A DNA stretch of 64,000 nucleotides from a virus (taxonomy: Duplodnaviria; Caudoviricetes). Location: positions 1,145 to 65,144 of IMG/VR virus record IMGVR_UViG_3300044216_005818; one strand, written 5' to 3'. Shown one piece after another: positions 10,965 through 22,100 of this stretch. The position numbers and the translations under genes are program-made. How positions within the stretch are numbered: position 1 is the stretch's first letter; the number at the start of each line of letters is the position of its first letter. A model generated the notes under the pieces. That model worked only from the letters and a program-made list of their open reading frames with translations. It had not been told where the DNA came from and ran no database searches.

Positions 10965-12716
10965 ATGAGAGAAAACAATATAAAAGGAGCCCAATTATTA
11001 CCTTTATTCGAGGTTGGCCAGATTAGTGCACTTACTTCTTCTAGAAACTATGATCCTAATAATGCTACTTCTGATAGAACTCATCAGGGAAATGTATCAA
11101 GTTCACTCCCCCTTCCGTTAGCTGTAGATGGAAATTTAGAAACCAGTACCCTTTTAATAAATACTGCCCCTAGTAGAACACAAGGGTGGGAAATAGATTT
11201 AAGAAATCCTAGAGAAGAAAAACGTACTATAACTAGTGGTGAATTATCTGCAACATCAAGTGGAGGTGGTATGAGTATTAATTTTGTTTCTAATGTGTTA
11301 GATAATGATCTTTCTACACAATGTAGTTTTGCTGGTGTTAATTCAGGTGAAAGTTATGGGTTTGATATTACTTTTACAGGTACATCACCACGAGTAAACA
11401 GAATACAAATGTCTACGGGTAATTCTGACACTAATAGTATTGATTATTTTGTTACATACCTTGAGGGATCTGATAAACCTTTTTGCCCTGCGAGGCAAAT
11501 TAATTTCTCAACTAATAATGCCCTAGAAGATTTTCCGTTACATTATAGCGCATCTGCTACTAGAGTAATTAAAGAACCACCATTTACTATAGATGGGTTA
11601 GCATGGAAAGGATTACATACACAATCTAATGAAGGTCATGCACTCCCTAGAATTAAAAAACTTAAAATTTTTGGTACTTCTACCTTTAATGGTACTGCTC
11701 TATTTCAGGCACTAAATGTTTTTGAAATTAATTATCAATATGAAGATGGTATTTCTCTAGAAAAAGTTAGAGTTAAAGTTAAATCTACATCTACTAACCA
11801 AGATTATAGACTAGACTATTCTACTGATGCTATTAATTATACCCGTGGTAGTGTTTATCATTTAGAAGATAATGTAGAATATGATCTCCCTATTCCTACC
11901 TCAGAAAAAATAAAAAAAATAAGATTAATAAGTTCTGAAGCATCAGAACTATTTGAAATTATTCCCTTTGCTCCTGTAGATAAAAAGGTAAACTTTGATT
12001 TTAATGATTCTATTTTAGAAACTAAAGCATGGAAATCATCCCGTTATAGTGGTAAACAATTACAAGGATCTCAAGTTAATAAATTTACAACAGGAGATGT
12101 TAGCTATGGTAAAACCCCAGTTATTCAAAATGTTTCTAGAAACATATACTTAGGTAGTAGAGTAATAGGTTTAGGACAAACTACTAGTACTCAAGTAGAT
12201 GATGCTTCACTATTAGTTTACCCCGGTTTTTCATATGTTACTGTACATGAATATCTTACAGTCCATGAAGATTTAAGTGTTACTAGACATACTGTTAGGG
12301 GGGATAATATCAATACTAATAATAATGCTAGAAAAGGATTCTACCAATCATTTTATAAGGATTTTCCTATAGGTTCAGATATTAATCTTAGATTTTTTGA
12401 CCCTAAAATACAAACCAGTATTAAACCCAGTTATAACATATATTTTAATGCAGGGCAATTACAAAGACTACTCCACGTACGTGAAAATGATACAACCCCA
12501 GGAAATAATTATGTTGTAACTCACCTTACGGGCTCTAACACTACAGAAATAAAAGTAGGTGGGGCCAGTAATTCAGTTACCTATAATGCTTCCTTTGATA
12601 TTTTTAATAAAGAGGATATAATTGATAATTATTTCTCGGGATCGTTATTAACTAATATATATGATACCACAACAGTTGCCGAAAGCTCCGGATTTGCTAG
12701 TAACGTTGTAAAATAA
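10965..12716 (+). CDS. Virion structural protein with discoidin/F5-8C-like beta-sandwich domains
   Basis: AVDGNLET..GWEIDL, VLDNDLST, YRLDYSTD..Y and IKKIRLI segments recall F5/8 type C domains. Confidence 0.5.
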   Translation: MRENNIKGAQLLPLFEVGQISALTSSRNYDPNNATSDRTHQGNVSSSLPLPLAVDGNLETSTLLINTAPSRTQGWEIDLRNPREEKRTITSGELSATSSGGGMSINFVSNVLDNDLSTQCSFAGVNSGESYGFDITFTGTSPRVNRIQMSTGNSDTNSIDYFVTYLEGSDKPFCPARQINFSTNNALEDFPLHYSASATRVIKEPPFTIDGLAWKGLHTQSNEGHALPRIKKLKIFGTSTFNGTALFQALNVFEINYQYEDGISLEKVRVKVKSTSTNQDYRLDYSTDAINYTRGSVYHLEDNVEYDLPIPTSEKIKKIRLISSEASELFEIIPFAPVDKKVNFDFNDSILETKAWKSSRYSGKQLQGSQVNKFTTGDVSYGKTPVIQNVSRNIYLGSRVIGLGQTTSTQVDDASLLVYPGFSYVTVHEYLTVHEDLSVTRHTVRGDNINTNNNARKGFYQSFYKDFPIGSDINLRFFDPKIQTSIKPSYNIYFNAGQLQRLLHVRENDTTPGNNYVVTHLTGSNTTEIKVGGASNSVTYNASFDIFNKEDIIDNYFSGSLLTNIYDTTTVAESSGFASNVVK

Positions 12717-12727
12717 AACACTAAAAA

Positions 12728-13396
12728 ATGGCTTTTTATACAGACGCACCTGTCATATCTCCAGCAGAAGAATTAGGGGGAAGAGGCTATGACCAATTTT
12801 TAAGGGCAACCTTCAACCACAGAGACACAGCAGATTATAGATATAATAAAAGAATTTTTATTACTATGTGTCAACCAGTATCTGCTTCTTCTGGCCCTTA
12901 TAACCCCCCAGGTACTTCTGGATCGGCAGGTATTGCCCCTTTAAGGACCATACTTTCAGGAAGTTATCCCGAAGAAACACAAGCAATAAAAACAAATGAT
13001 ATATCAGAATTATCCACTGCTGAAATAGTATCTTATGATAGAGATGAACAAAGATTTAATATATCTAAAAATTTTAATTTTAACCAAAACTATGTAGCAG
13101 TACAAAAAACAGGCAACGCAGACCATAATCACACGGCAACCCCAGGTAATTTTATTTCGGGTAGTTATGTACTTTCTATGTGTAATGATAATAATCCTTC
13201 ATTATTAGTAGAATTAAATAAGGAACAAGCATTGCCTGATGATATAGGGGATAATGAATTTGTTATTCTACCTGCTAACATACATCCTTTTATTAAAGAT
13301 AATTTAAATTATTTTTTAACTAAAGGAGGGATAAATGTTAGTGGTGATTCTACACCTAATATTAAATTAGATAATACTCATAGAAATCTTCTTTAA
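12728..13396 (+). CDS. Hypothetical structural protein
   Basis: 222-aa ORF in the tail cluster. Confidence 0.55.
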   Translation: MAFYTDAPVISPAEELGGRGYDQFLRATFNHRDTADYRYNKRIFITMCQPVSASSGPYNPPGTSGSAGIAPLRTILSGSYPEETQAIKTNDISELSTAEIVSYDRDEQRFNISKNFNFNQNYVAVQKTGNADHNHTATPGNFISGSYVLSMCNDNNPSLLVELNKEQALPDDIGDNEFVILPANIHPFIKDNLNYFLTKGGINVSGDSTPNIKLDNTHRNLL

Positions 13397-13430
13397 ATAA
13401 TATATATTTATAAACAAATAAAAAACTAAA

Positions 13431-14111
13431 ATGGGATATTTAGACAATTCAAGCGTTATTGTAGACGCTATATTAACTAAAAAAGGCCGTGAACTCTTAT
13501 CAAGACAAGATGGTACTTTTAAAATTACTCAATTTGCTCTTGCTGATGATGAAATTGATTATACACTTTATAACGAAAATCACCCTGATGGGTCTGCTTT
13601 TTATGGAGAAGCTATTGAAAATTTACCTTTAATAGAAGCTATTCCTAATGAAAGTAATACTATGATTTCAAAATTAGTTACTCTTGATAGAGGAACCTCT
13701 AAGATCCCAACCCTTGATACTATCCAACCAATCCAAAAAGGGAAAAACGGAACTTTTACTATAACTCCTGAAACATTAAATTACGATTCAACCAAAGAAA
13801 CAGCATATTCATTTACTGTTGCAGATAGAAGATTATTAGCAGCAGCTGGAGCTACTAGTGCAGCAAATACTTCTGCAGCATTAACAGATATTCCATTTAC
13901 AGGTACTTCACTTTCTCAAACATTTATTGGTACCTCATTTAGCGGTAGATTCTTAAATAGTAATACATTATTTGGTAGTAATAGTGCTTTAACTACCTCT
14001 TTAATAGTAATAGGTTTAGAAACGGGAGCTAGAGCAACAGTTTCATTAACTGTAACTAAAGAAAGTGGTGCTGGTGCTGACGCAGCAAGTCAAGCCCAAT
14101 CCACATACTAA
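13431..14111 (+). CDS. Putative baseplate/tail-fibre attachment protein
   Basis: N-terminal ILTKKGRELL...ITQFALAD resembles tail-collar/fibre-anchor N-termini; preceded by ATATTTATA. Confidence 0.55.
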   Translation: MGYLDNSSVIVDAILTKKGRELLSRQDGTFKITQFALADDEIDYTLYNENHPDGSAFYGEAIENLPLIEAIPNESNTMISKLVTLDRGTSKIPTLDTIQPIQKGKNGTFTITPETLNYDSTKETAYSFTVADRRLLAAAGATSAANTSAALTDIPFTGTSLSQTFIGTSFSGRFLNSNTLFGSNSALTTSLIVIGLETGARATVSLTVTKESGAGADAASQAQSTY

Positions 14112-14124
14112 TATTTAAATAGAC

Positions 14125-15174
14125 ATGGCAGATTCTTATACACAATTTTCAGAAGCAGATAAAGTAAGCAGCATAGATAGAGTTTTTGCTAGCGCTTGGT
14201 CTAACAATACTAATGACTTAGGAACTAGTCATTTTTCTTCTAGTACCCAATATGTAACCTCTGACCCCACAGCTAGTGGTGCCTTTTTTATGGAGATTTA
14301 TGATAAAGACCCATCAGACTCTACTGCTGAAGTCCAATATTCTATAGCTTATGGAAATAAAGATGGTGGGGGTGGGTTACAATTTAATGATGGTGCCGGA
14401 GCTGAAGATATTACTTCTACAAAAGCTATTTATAGCCAATATAGAAGTTTAGTATTTGGTGGAGATGAAAACCAAACATTTAATTTTAATGGTCATACCC
14501 CTAATGGAATATATGTAATTAATATTAATAGAGCTCGTTATAAAAATGCTTTAAGAATGGGTAATGTAGCCCTTCAACTCTCGGGATCAACCCACTTATT
14601 AAAACTAACAGATGATTCTGTAACCACATCAGGGTCAGCTAATGCCTTTAGACCTGGTGTTGGTAGAGAATTTAATATAGTATCAGGTTCATCTGGTACT
14701 AGAGTAGGTTCAAATAACACATATGTAGATGCTAGTGGTTCTTATGGTTTAATTTATCCAGATGCTGGGTTTATTATTTTAAACGAAGATGCTTTAGATG
14801 AATCCGCAGCTAATAAAGGAATTGCTTTAGGAACAGTAGTTACCTCGGACAATGAAGCTAGAAACCCTGTAAAACTACAAAATGCTCTTAAATTAGGTGG
14901 TTCGTTTATTTTAGATTCCCAAGAAGATATTGCTGGTAGATTTTATTTTATTAGAGTTAGAAACCAAGAATTCAACTACAGTACTAATGATTCTTTTACA
15001 GAAAATGATGGTTCTTTAAAGTATGATTCTATGATAGATAACCCTCAAGTATATATTACAACTGTAGGTTTATATAATGACAATCAAGATTTATTAGCAG
15101 TTGCTAAATTAAGCCAACCGTTACCAAAAGACTTTACAAAAGAAGCCCTTATTAAAGTTAAACTTGATTATTAA
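14125..15174 (+). CDS. Putative baseplate/tail structural protein
   Basis: C-terminal VYITTVGLYNDNQDLLAVAKLSQP motif is shared with the next gene and resembles fibre-anchor domains. Confidence 0.55.
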   Translation: MADSYTQFSEADKVSSIDRVFASAWSNNTNDLGTSHFSSSTQYVTSDPTASGAFFMEIYDKDPSDSTAEVQYSIAYGNKDGGGGLQFNDGAGAEDITSTKAIYSQYRSLVFGGDENQTFNFNGHTPNGIYVININRARYKNALRMGNVALQLSGSTHLLKLTDDSVTTSGSANAFRPGVGREFNIVSGSSGTRVGSNNTYVDASGSYGLIYPDAGFIILNEDALDESAANKGIALGTVVTSDNEARNPVKLQNALKLGGSFILDSQEDIAGRFYFIRVRNQEFNYSTNDSFTENDGSLKYDSMIDNPQVYITTVGLYNDNQDLLAVAKLSQPLPKDFTKEALIKVKLDY

Positions 15175-17765
15175 TGCCCGGCGTATTTAAAAAACTAAAT
15201 GCACAAGATGTAAAAATAACCTCTTTTGAAGCTCATAAGCAGTATTCTAGTACTACTTTATCTTCAATAGGTGCTACGGTTGACTTTGTTTATTGGTCTC
15301 CTTACAATAAATCTTACTTTACAAATGGAAATAGTAAATTTTATCAAATTGATAAACTTTATTATAGAAATTATATACAAGATAGGGCTAATAGGTTAGA
15401 ATTAGATAGTGCTACATATACTACTCAAGAACGAAGACTATATGAAAAAAGTACTGTAATTAGCTTACCTCAAAAAACTTTTGGTACAGGAGTACAACCG
15501 GGATCTTTTTTTGTTAGTTGCTCTTATTCTTCTTCAGGTGAACAATTTAATATAAGGGATGATAGTTTTGGTAATTTATACGATGTTTCAATAGGTAATG
15601 AAAATTTCCCCAATGAGGATAATAGAGTATTTTACTTAAGTCCTGTTAATTCCTACAGAAGGAAAAACCTAAACATTGACCCAGAAACGGGAAATGAATA
15701 TGTTAATCCTAAATTCCCCCTTGGATACGACAATACAGTTATAGATGATTCTTACCTTCAAAACACAGTAATATATCGAAATATAGAATTCACTACAGGA
15801 AGTGGGGATGTAGTGGGGGTTAACATTGGTGGTAATAATACATCACATCTTAGCAATTTTACTGGTTTTAGGCCATTTACAGATACTGCTAGTATTAAAA
15901 TACCCCACCAACCTTATTTGAATTTTAATAAGGATGAAAGTTTTACTATTTCTTTTTACTATAATCCTTCTGCAAAAGATATATCAAACGCTACTTCAAG
16001 TCAAGATTATTATTTATTTAGTAAAGAAGGAACTAAAACAGTCCCTCCATCAGTACCAGGTACTTCTTTAAGTAAAGAAGGTTCCAACCAAAAAACCATA
16101 GCCCCTGCTGGTCCAAAAATTCCTTATAGAGTATTTTATAGGGGCAACCACCCATCTGCTAATACAGCTTCTTTATTCTTTGAAAGAAGTGATGGTGATA
16201 GGAAACAAACTATTTCTACACAGTTTTTTAGTAGCGATTCTAATGAAATTAATCACCCAAGATTTGTATCAATAACAGTAGATAGTGAAGATAAAGACGT
16301 TACAATTAAGGTTGAAAATGTTAAAAATACAGCATCTCCGACCCTTACTTATAAAACCGTTTCTAACACCCTAAGTTCAGGACAATTAGGTAGAAATCTT
16401 TCTAATAAAGCGGATATATATTTTTATAACAAATCTAATTATGATGGGGGAAATAACCCCCTATTAACTAATAACCCTGGTAAAGGTGCTGGTGAAATTA
16501 GCCAATTCATGATATGGAATAAGGCACTTAGTTCTACTGAATTATCTAATGTTTCTGAATCTATAGTAGGTACTCCTAACGTAGGTAATTTATTTTATGA
16601 TAATGGCTTTGCAGTAATTACACACCCTAGATATGAGGATTTGCTTAGAAATTATGATATAAAATCAGTTAAATTTAATTCTAGTTTAGTTGTAGGGTCC
16701 GATGTAGGAAACGACCCTACAGGTTTACAGTTTAATAAAGATGGTACTAAATTATATATAACAGATAATGATAATGATGTAGTAGGGGAATATAATTTAA
16801 GTACTCCTTTTGACTTAACATCTGCATCGCACGTAAAAAATCATTCAGGTAATGGTATTACTACTAACCCTACTAGTTTAATTTTTAATGATGATGGAAG
16901 CAAGGCATATATGGGCTTTATTACTAATAAAGAGGTTAGAGAATTTAATCTATCAAGTTCTTACGATTTAGGTAGTAGAACACTCCTTGATCCCTCAGTG
17001 GGGTTTGACTTTTCTCCCCAAGGTATTCAGTTTAATAATGATGGTTCTAAATTTTATATTGCTGATTCTGGTAATGGGATGATTAAACAATTTAAAACAT
17101 CAACTCCTTTTAGTATTAAAGACCTTAAAATTGAAAACGATATATCTTCATCAAGAGATACTTCCAATATTACCTCTGTATCGGGTCATGTCCGGGTTGG
17201 GCCTTTTGATGTTGCCTTTAGTGAAGATGGGTATAAAATGTTTACTGTTGGAAGAGATGGTAATCTTAGGGGAACAATAGATTATTATAAATTAAAAAAT
17301 GCTTTTAAAATTAATACTGCGGCCTTTATAAATAGCCAAAGTTTAAGTAATCCTCCTATAAATGCTACTCTTCCCCACGGAATAACTTTTAATAATGAAG
17401 GAAATAAAGCATATATAGTAGACCTTAAAGGATCAAATGATAGCAATATCCAAGAATTTAGTTTACCTAGTGATATTATTACATTTAAGTATAAAAATAC
17501 GCACCCAATTACTGAAAACGAATACCAATGTACAGTAAAAGAAAATGAATTTGAATTCACCCGAAATGTAACAGCTAGAGAAAATAATACGGAGGAAGGA
17601 GAAAATGTATCCTCTTTTGTTACAGGATCAAACTTTAAACCCTATGTAACTACTATTGGATTGTATGATAATAATGGTAATTTATTAGTAGTAGGGAAAT
17701 TAGGACAACCTATAAAAGTAAGTAGTGAAACAGATACTACATTCGTTATAAGATTTGACACATGA
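15174..17765 (+). CDS. Tail/baseplate protein with LamG-like domain and beta-propeller repeats
   Basis: LNFNKDESFTISFY and GEISQFMIWNKALSSTE are LamG-like. Five P-x-G-[ILV]-x-F-[NS]-x-[DE]-G-x-K repeats follow. C-terminal YVTTIGLYDNNGNLLVVGKLGQP is paralogous to the previous gene. Confidence 0.7.
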   Translation: MPGVFKKLNAQDVKITSFEAHKQYSSTTLSSIGATVDFVYWSPYNKSYFTNGNSKFYQIDKLYYRNYIQDRANRLELDSATYTTQERRLYEKSTVISLPQKTFGTGVQPGSFFVSCSYSSSGEQFNIRDDSFGNLYDVSIGNENFPNEDNRVFYLSPVNSYRRKNLNIDPETGNEYVNPKFPLGYDNTVIDDSYLQNTVIYRNIEFTTGSGDVVGVNIGGNNTSHLSNFTGFRPFTDTASIKIPHQPYLNFNKDESFTISFYYNPSAKDISNATSSQDYYLFSKEGTKTVPPSVPGTSLSKEGSNQKTIAPAGPKIPYRVFYRGNHPSANTASLFFERSDGDRKQTISTQFFSSDSNEINHPRFVSITVDSEDKDVTIKVENVKNTASPTLTYKTVSNTLSSGQLGRNLSNKADIYFYNKSNYDGGNNPLLTNNPGKGAGEISQFMIWNKALSSTELSNVSESIVGTPNVGNLFYDNGFAVITHPRYEDLLRNYDIKSVKFNSSLVVGSDVGNDPTGLQFNKDGTKLYITDNDNDVVGEYNLSTPFDLTSASHVKNHSGNGITTNPTSLIFNDDGSKAYMGFITNKEVREFNLSSSYDLGSRTLLDPSVGFDFSPQGIQFNNDGSKFYIADSGNGMIKQFKTSTPFSIKDLKIENDISSSRDTSNITSVSGHVRVGPFDVAFSEDGYKMFTVGRDGNLRGTIDYYKLKNAFKINTAAFINSQSLSNPPINATLPHGITFNNEGNKAYIVDLKGSNDSNIQEFSLPSDIITFKYKNTHPITENEYQCTVKENEFEFTRNVTARENNTEEGENVSSFVTGSNFKPYVTTIGLYDNNGNLLVVGKLGQPIKVSSETDTTFVIRFDT

Positions 17766-18187
17766 TAATACCAGAAAGTTATGAACAATTCCCAGAAGGC
17801 ACATATGGATACGTTTACCAAACAACCCATATCCCTACTGGAAAAAAGTATATTGGCAAAAAGTCATTAATATACAACCAAAAGAAAAAAATTGGTAAAC
17901 GCGAAGCCGCCTTATGGGAAGGTAAAGGTAGACCACCAGTTTATAAGCAAGTTCAAAAAGAAAGCGATTGGAAAACCTATTATGGTTCTCATCAATTTAT
18001 TAAAGATGAGATTAAAAATGGTAATCAAGCTGATTTTGAGCGTATAATTTTGCAATTAGCATATTCTAAAAAAGAATTAACTTATTTGGAAAATAAAGCA
18101 TTATTTAGTATGGGTGTATTAGAAACCGAAGATTACTTAAACGATAATATTGAAGGAAGATATTTCAAAAAAGATTTTGGCTTTTGA
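17762..18187 (+). CDS. GIY-YIG superfamily nuclease (Seg-like, catalytic domain only)
   Basis: GYVY...KKYIGKK motif, then YYGS, a conserved Glu (TYLE) and YLN. Confidence 0.65.
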   Translation: MIIPESYEQFPEGTYGYVYQTTHIPTGKKYIGKKSLIYNQKKKIGKREAALWEGKGRPPVYKQVQKESDWKTYYGSHQFIKDEIKNGNQADFERIILQLAYSKKELTYLENKALFSMGVLETEDYLNDNIEGRYFKKDFGF

Positions 18188-18206
18188 CCTTTCTTTCATA
18201 TATTTA
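18176..18206 (+). promoter_or_regulatory. Bacteroidota-type sigma70 promoter upstream of primase
   Basis: TTTG (18176-18179), 19-nt spacer, TATATTTA (18199-18206); the host consensus is TTTG-N19-21-TAnnTTTG. Confidence 0.55.
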
Positions 18207-18210
18207 AGGC

Positions 18211-19131
18211 ATGAAGGAGGACCGCCTTATTTATTTACTAGAAAGTCTATTAGGAAAAAGCAAAAGCGCACGAGGAGGAGACGAGGCCGTATTTAGTTGT
18301 CCTAATTGTAATCACCATAAGAAAAAACTTACACTAAATAAACTAACTCAAAAATACCAATGTTGGGTTTGTGGTTTTAAAGGTGCTAGAGCAATACAAC
18401 TCCTTAAATTTATTAAGGCCCCATATACAGCATTTCAAGAATTAAAAGAAATTGATGCTCAGTATAATTTTAAAACAGCACACGTAGAAAAACCTAAAGA
18501 CCAACTTCAATTACCTGAAGGATTTACTACATTACTTAAAGGTAAAGGCTTAATTAGAGATAAAGCATATCATTACCTAAAATCTCGTGGAATTACAGCA
18601 CAAGATATAGTAAAATATAACATAGGATATATTGAAGAAGGTAAATTAGCTAATTTTATAATAATACCAAGTTATGATAGACACGGAACCCTCAACTACT
18701 GGGTGGGTCGCTCGTTTGATCCACAAGCTTACCACAAGCACAAGCTTCCGCCAACATCAAAAGATATTATTGGCTTTGACATGCTTTGTAACTTTAATAT
18801 TCCTATTATCATTTGTGAAGGTGCCTTTGATGCAATCGCAATCAAGCGAAATGCCGTGCCCTTGTTTGGAAAACGAATTAGTAAATCACTCTATAAGGAA
18901 CTTGTTAGAGGACGAGTAAAACAAATATACCTTGCACTTGATCAAGATGCTATAAATGATTCGCTTAAGTATGCTAAGGAACTTATGGCATATGGTAAAG
19001 AAATATTTTTATTAGAGCTTGGGGGTAAAGATCCAAGTGATTTAGGGTTTGAAGAAATGACTCGCATATTACAAAACGCAAAACCACTAACCTTCCAGGG
19101 ATTAGTAGAAAAGAAAATCTTATACCAGTGA
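18211..19131 (+). CDS. DNA primase (DnaG/gp61-like: Zn finger plus TOPRIM)
   Basis: CPNC...CWVC zinc finger; IIICEGAFDAI and LALDQD TOPRIM motifs; KDPSD. Confidence 0.88.
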   Translation: MKEDRLIYLLESLLGKSKSARGGDEAVFSCPNCNHHKKKLTLNKLTQKYQCWVCGFKGARAIQLLKFIKAPYTAFQELKEIDAQYNFKTAHVEKPKDQLQLPEGFTTLLKGKGLIRDKAYHYLKSRGITAQDIVKYNIGYIEEGKLANFIIIPSYDRHGTLNYWVGRSFDPQAYHKHKLPPTSKDIIGFDMLCNFNIPIIICEGAFDAIAIKRNAVPLFGKRISKSLYKELVRGRVKQIYLALDQDAINDSLKYAKELMAYGKEIFLLELGGKDPSDLGFEEMTRILQNAKPLTFQGLVEKKILYQ

Positions 19132-19159
19132 GTTATATGTATAACAAACTGCAGTTTAC

Positions 19160-22100
19160 ATGAAAGTAGCCCTTTTACCAGGTGGGTTTAAACCACCTCA
19201 TCTTGGACATTATAATATGGCAAAATATCTTGCAGATTTTGCTGATAATGTTATAGTAAGAATTGGATCAAAAGAACGAGAAGGTATAGGGCCTAGATTA
19301 GCTTTAGAAATTTTTAATTATTATAAAGCATCTGATCCAGATCCAAGAGCACAAAAACTTACTATTAGCTTAGCACAAGCTGCATCTCCTGTAAGAGATG
19401 TTTATGATTTTGTTGAAAAAATAGCTCCTGAAGGATCAGAGTTAATTTTAGGAATAGGGGAGAAAGATGCTAAAGACGGAAGATATAATAGTATCCCCAA
19501 ATTTGCAGAACCTCGTAATATTAAAGCTAAAATTGAATTAGTACCACCTCAAGCAGGGGGTATTTCAGGTACGCGTATGCGTGAAATTATTAAAAATAAT
19601 AATAAAGAAGAATTTTTTAAATTCATTCCTGAATTTTTACCTGAAGAAATTAAAGAAGAAATTTGGACTAAATTGTTAGATACTACTATGCCCACTGATA
19701 TAGATGAAATGATGGGTGGTACTATGAATCAACAAGAAATGAATAAACATATGGCTAATATGAAAAAGCTACGTAAATTCTTTTCTAAACAAGGCGACCA
19801 AATGACCCAAATCCCTACTAATTTGACTAAAGGATTACGTAGAAAATTATATGAAGGACGCTACGATGCAGAAACTTTAATAATATCCCGCTTTATTATA
19901 GATATGTTTAAGGATGAATTTGGTAAAAATTATGAAGATGATTTTGAAGAAATAGGAAAATTAAGGAGGTCCGATAAAAAAGAAGACACTGCGGTTTCTT
20001 ATGATTTAGAATTATATTTTTACCCTACTGACTTTGATAAACTAGGTCCAAACCCATTTATTGTAAATGCAGGTGCGGATGATGAATCAATGTTTATTCA
20101 AATTAACTATCAACCTGATATGTTTCCTAAAGCATATAATGATTTAATAGCTGAAATTAAAGATTCTGTAAGACATGAATTAGAACATATAGGGCAATTT
20201 CATTTTGATAAAGGAGTTAAAGGTGATTTAGAAAAAGACGAAAAAGATTTACCTACGTTTGAATATCTTACTTTAGATTATGAAATTCCTGCTCATGTAA
20301 TGGGGATTTATAAAAATGCTAAAACAAGAAAAATTTCATTTACTCAAGCATTACAGGATTTTATAGATAGTAAAGCCGAAGAACTATCTAATGATCAGGA
20401 AGATAAAATAACCCAAATTTATACAGATTATGCTCGTAAACATTTACCGGCAGCTAAATTAGATGAAGGTGATACTTACGAAAAAATGGCTGCTAAGGGT
20501 AAAAAAGCGGGCAACCTAAAACAGGGTACTGTTAGAAAACGTTTAAACATTCCTAAAGGTGAAAAAATACCTCTTTCATTAATTAATAAAGAGTTAGCAC
20601 GCCTTAGAAAAATGGAAAAGCGGAGTGCTAAAAACCAAAAGTATTATAAAGCACTTACATTAGCTAAAACGTTAAAAACTACAACTCATAAAGAAAATAT
20701 AGATCCTGAAGCTCAAAGAAAACATAAAGGTAAATCGGCCCCGTATGGTTCTGCTTATGAACCCGTGAAAGAAGGAGACCCTAAAGTAGGCACAGGTAAA
20801 AAACCAAAAGGATCAGGACGTAGACTTTATACAGATGAAGATCCTACAGATACAGTAAAAGTTAAATTTAGTACTAGACAAGATATAGTAAATACTTTAT
20901 CTAAAAAGTCATTTAAAGCTAAATCACATGCTCGCCAATCACAGATTATTAATTTAATTCATCAAAGAGTTAGAGCAGCTTTATCCCGGGCTAAAGATCC
21001 TGCAGTAAAAAAACGACTACGTTCGGCATTTGAATATATTAAAAAACGTAAAGAAGCTTCTAAAAGAAAAACACAACGCTTAAAAAAAGAAGGTATGTAT
21101 CCTCCTTATAAAGCTAATCAAGTACAACAAACTAGATATAAAGCAAGTGATACATTTACTAGAGATCCTAAAAAATCTAAAAAATTAGGATACCTTGAAG
21201 AAATAGGAATTGATTTATCTAACTATAGTGGTCAAATACTTCCTGGTGATGTTTTACGTGCTCCTAAAGGATTTCCATTAGGAGGTAAAAAATTAGAAAA
21301 ATCTAAAGTAGTAAAAGTAATTAAAAATTCTAGAGAAGGTGTCAATCGTTATAAATTATCCGTAGAAGATAAAGACGGTAAAAGATATACAGTGCGTAAT
21401 TTTGAAATGGATGGGGAATATAAAGGTAAAAAATTACCTAAATTTGGCCTTATTCGTAAATCTAAAAAAAATATAGATGAAATGAAATTATTTTCACAAG
21501 AATGGTGGTTTGATGTAATCGCTGAAGAAATATTATATGAAGGTGGTGCTGCTGGACATATGGCTCATCCATTTGATTTACCAAATGTTAAAACAGGTAA
21601 AGATTTAATTAAGTCATTTGAACAAGCTGCTGATAGTCTTAAAAAAGCACCTGGTAGTGTTAAGATAGATGGCGTAAATGCGTCAATTAGATTAATAAAT
21701 CTCGACGGAAAACGAATCTTCGCCATGGACCGCGGATCAAAAAAGGCACTTGATTTACGTGGCGTTACTAAAGCTGACTTAGAAGATAGATTTGGTGCTG
21801 GCCACGGGATGATTAAAGCTGGTGGTAATGTATTAGATATATTTAATGATGCCTTACCATCAATTCAAGAAGAATTAAGAGCATTGGGGTTAATTGATGA
21901 TCCTAATATTATGTTTAATATGGAGTATGTTAGTGGTAAATCAAATGTTCAAGACTATGGTAAAAATTTCCTAGCAATCCACGGTTTACTAAAAGTAGAA
22001 ACTAAAGAAGTACAAGGAGCTCGTAAAATGTTAACTAAAAGAGTAACATCTGAAAAACTATATGATAAAGCTGATTTAGAAGAATTACTTAAAAAATTAG

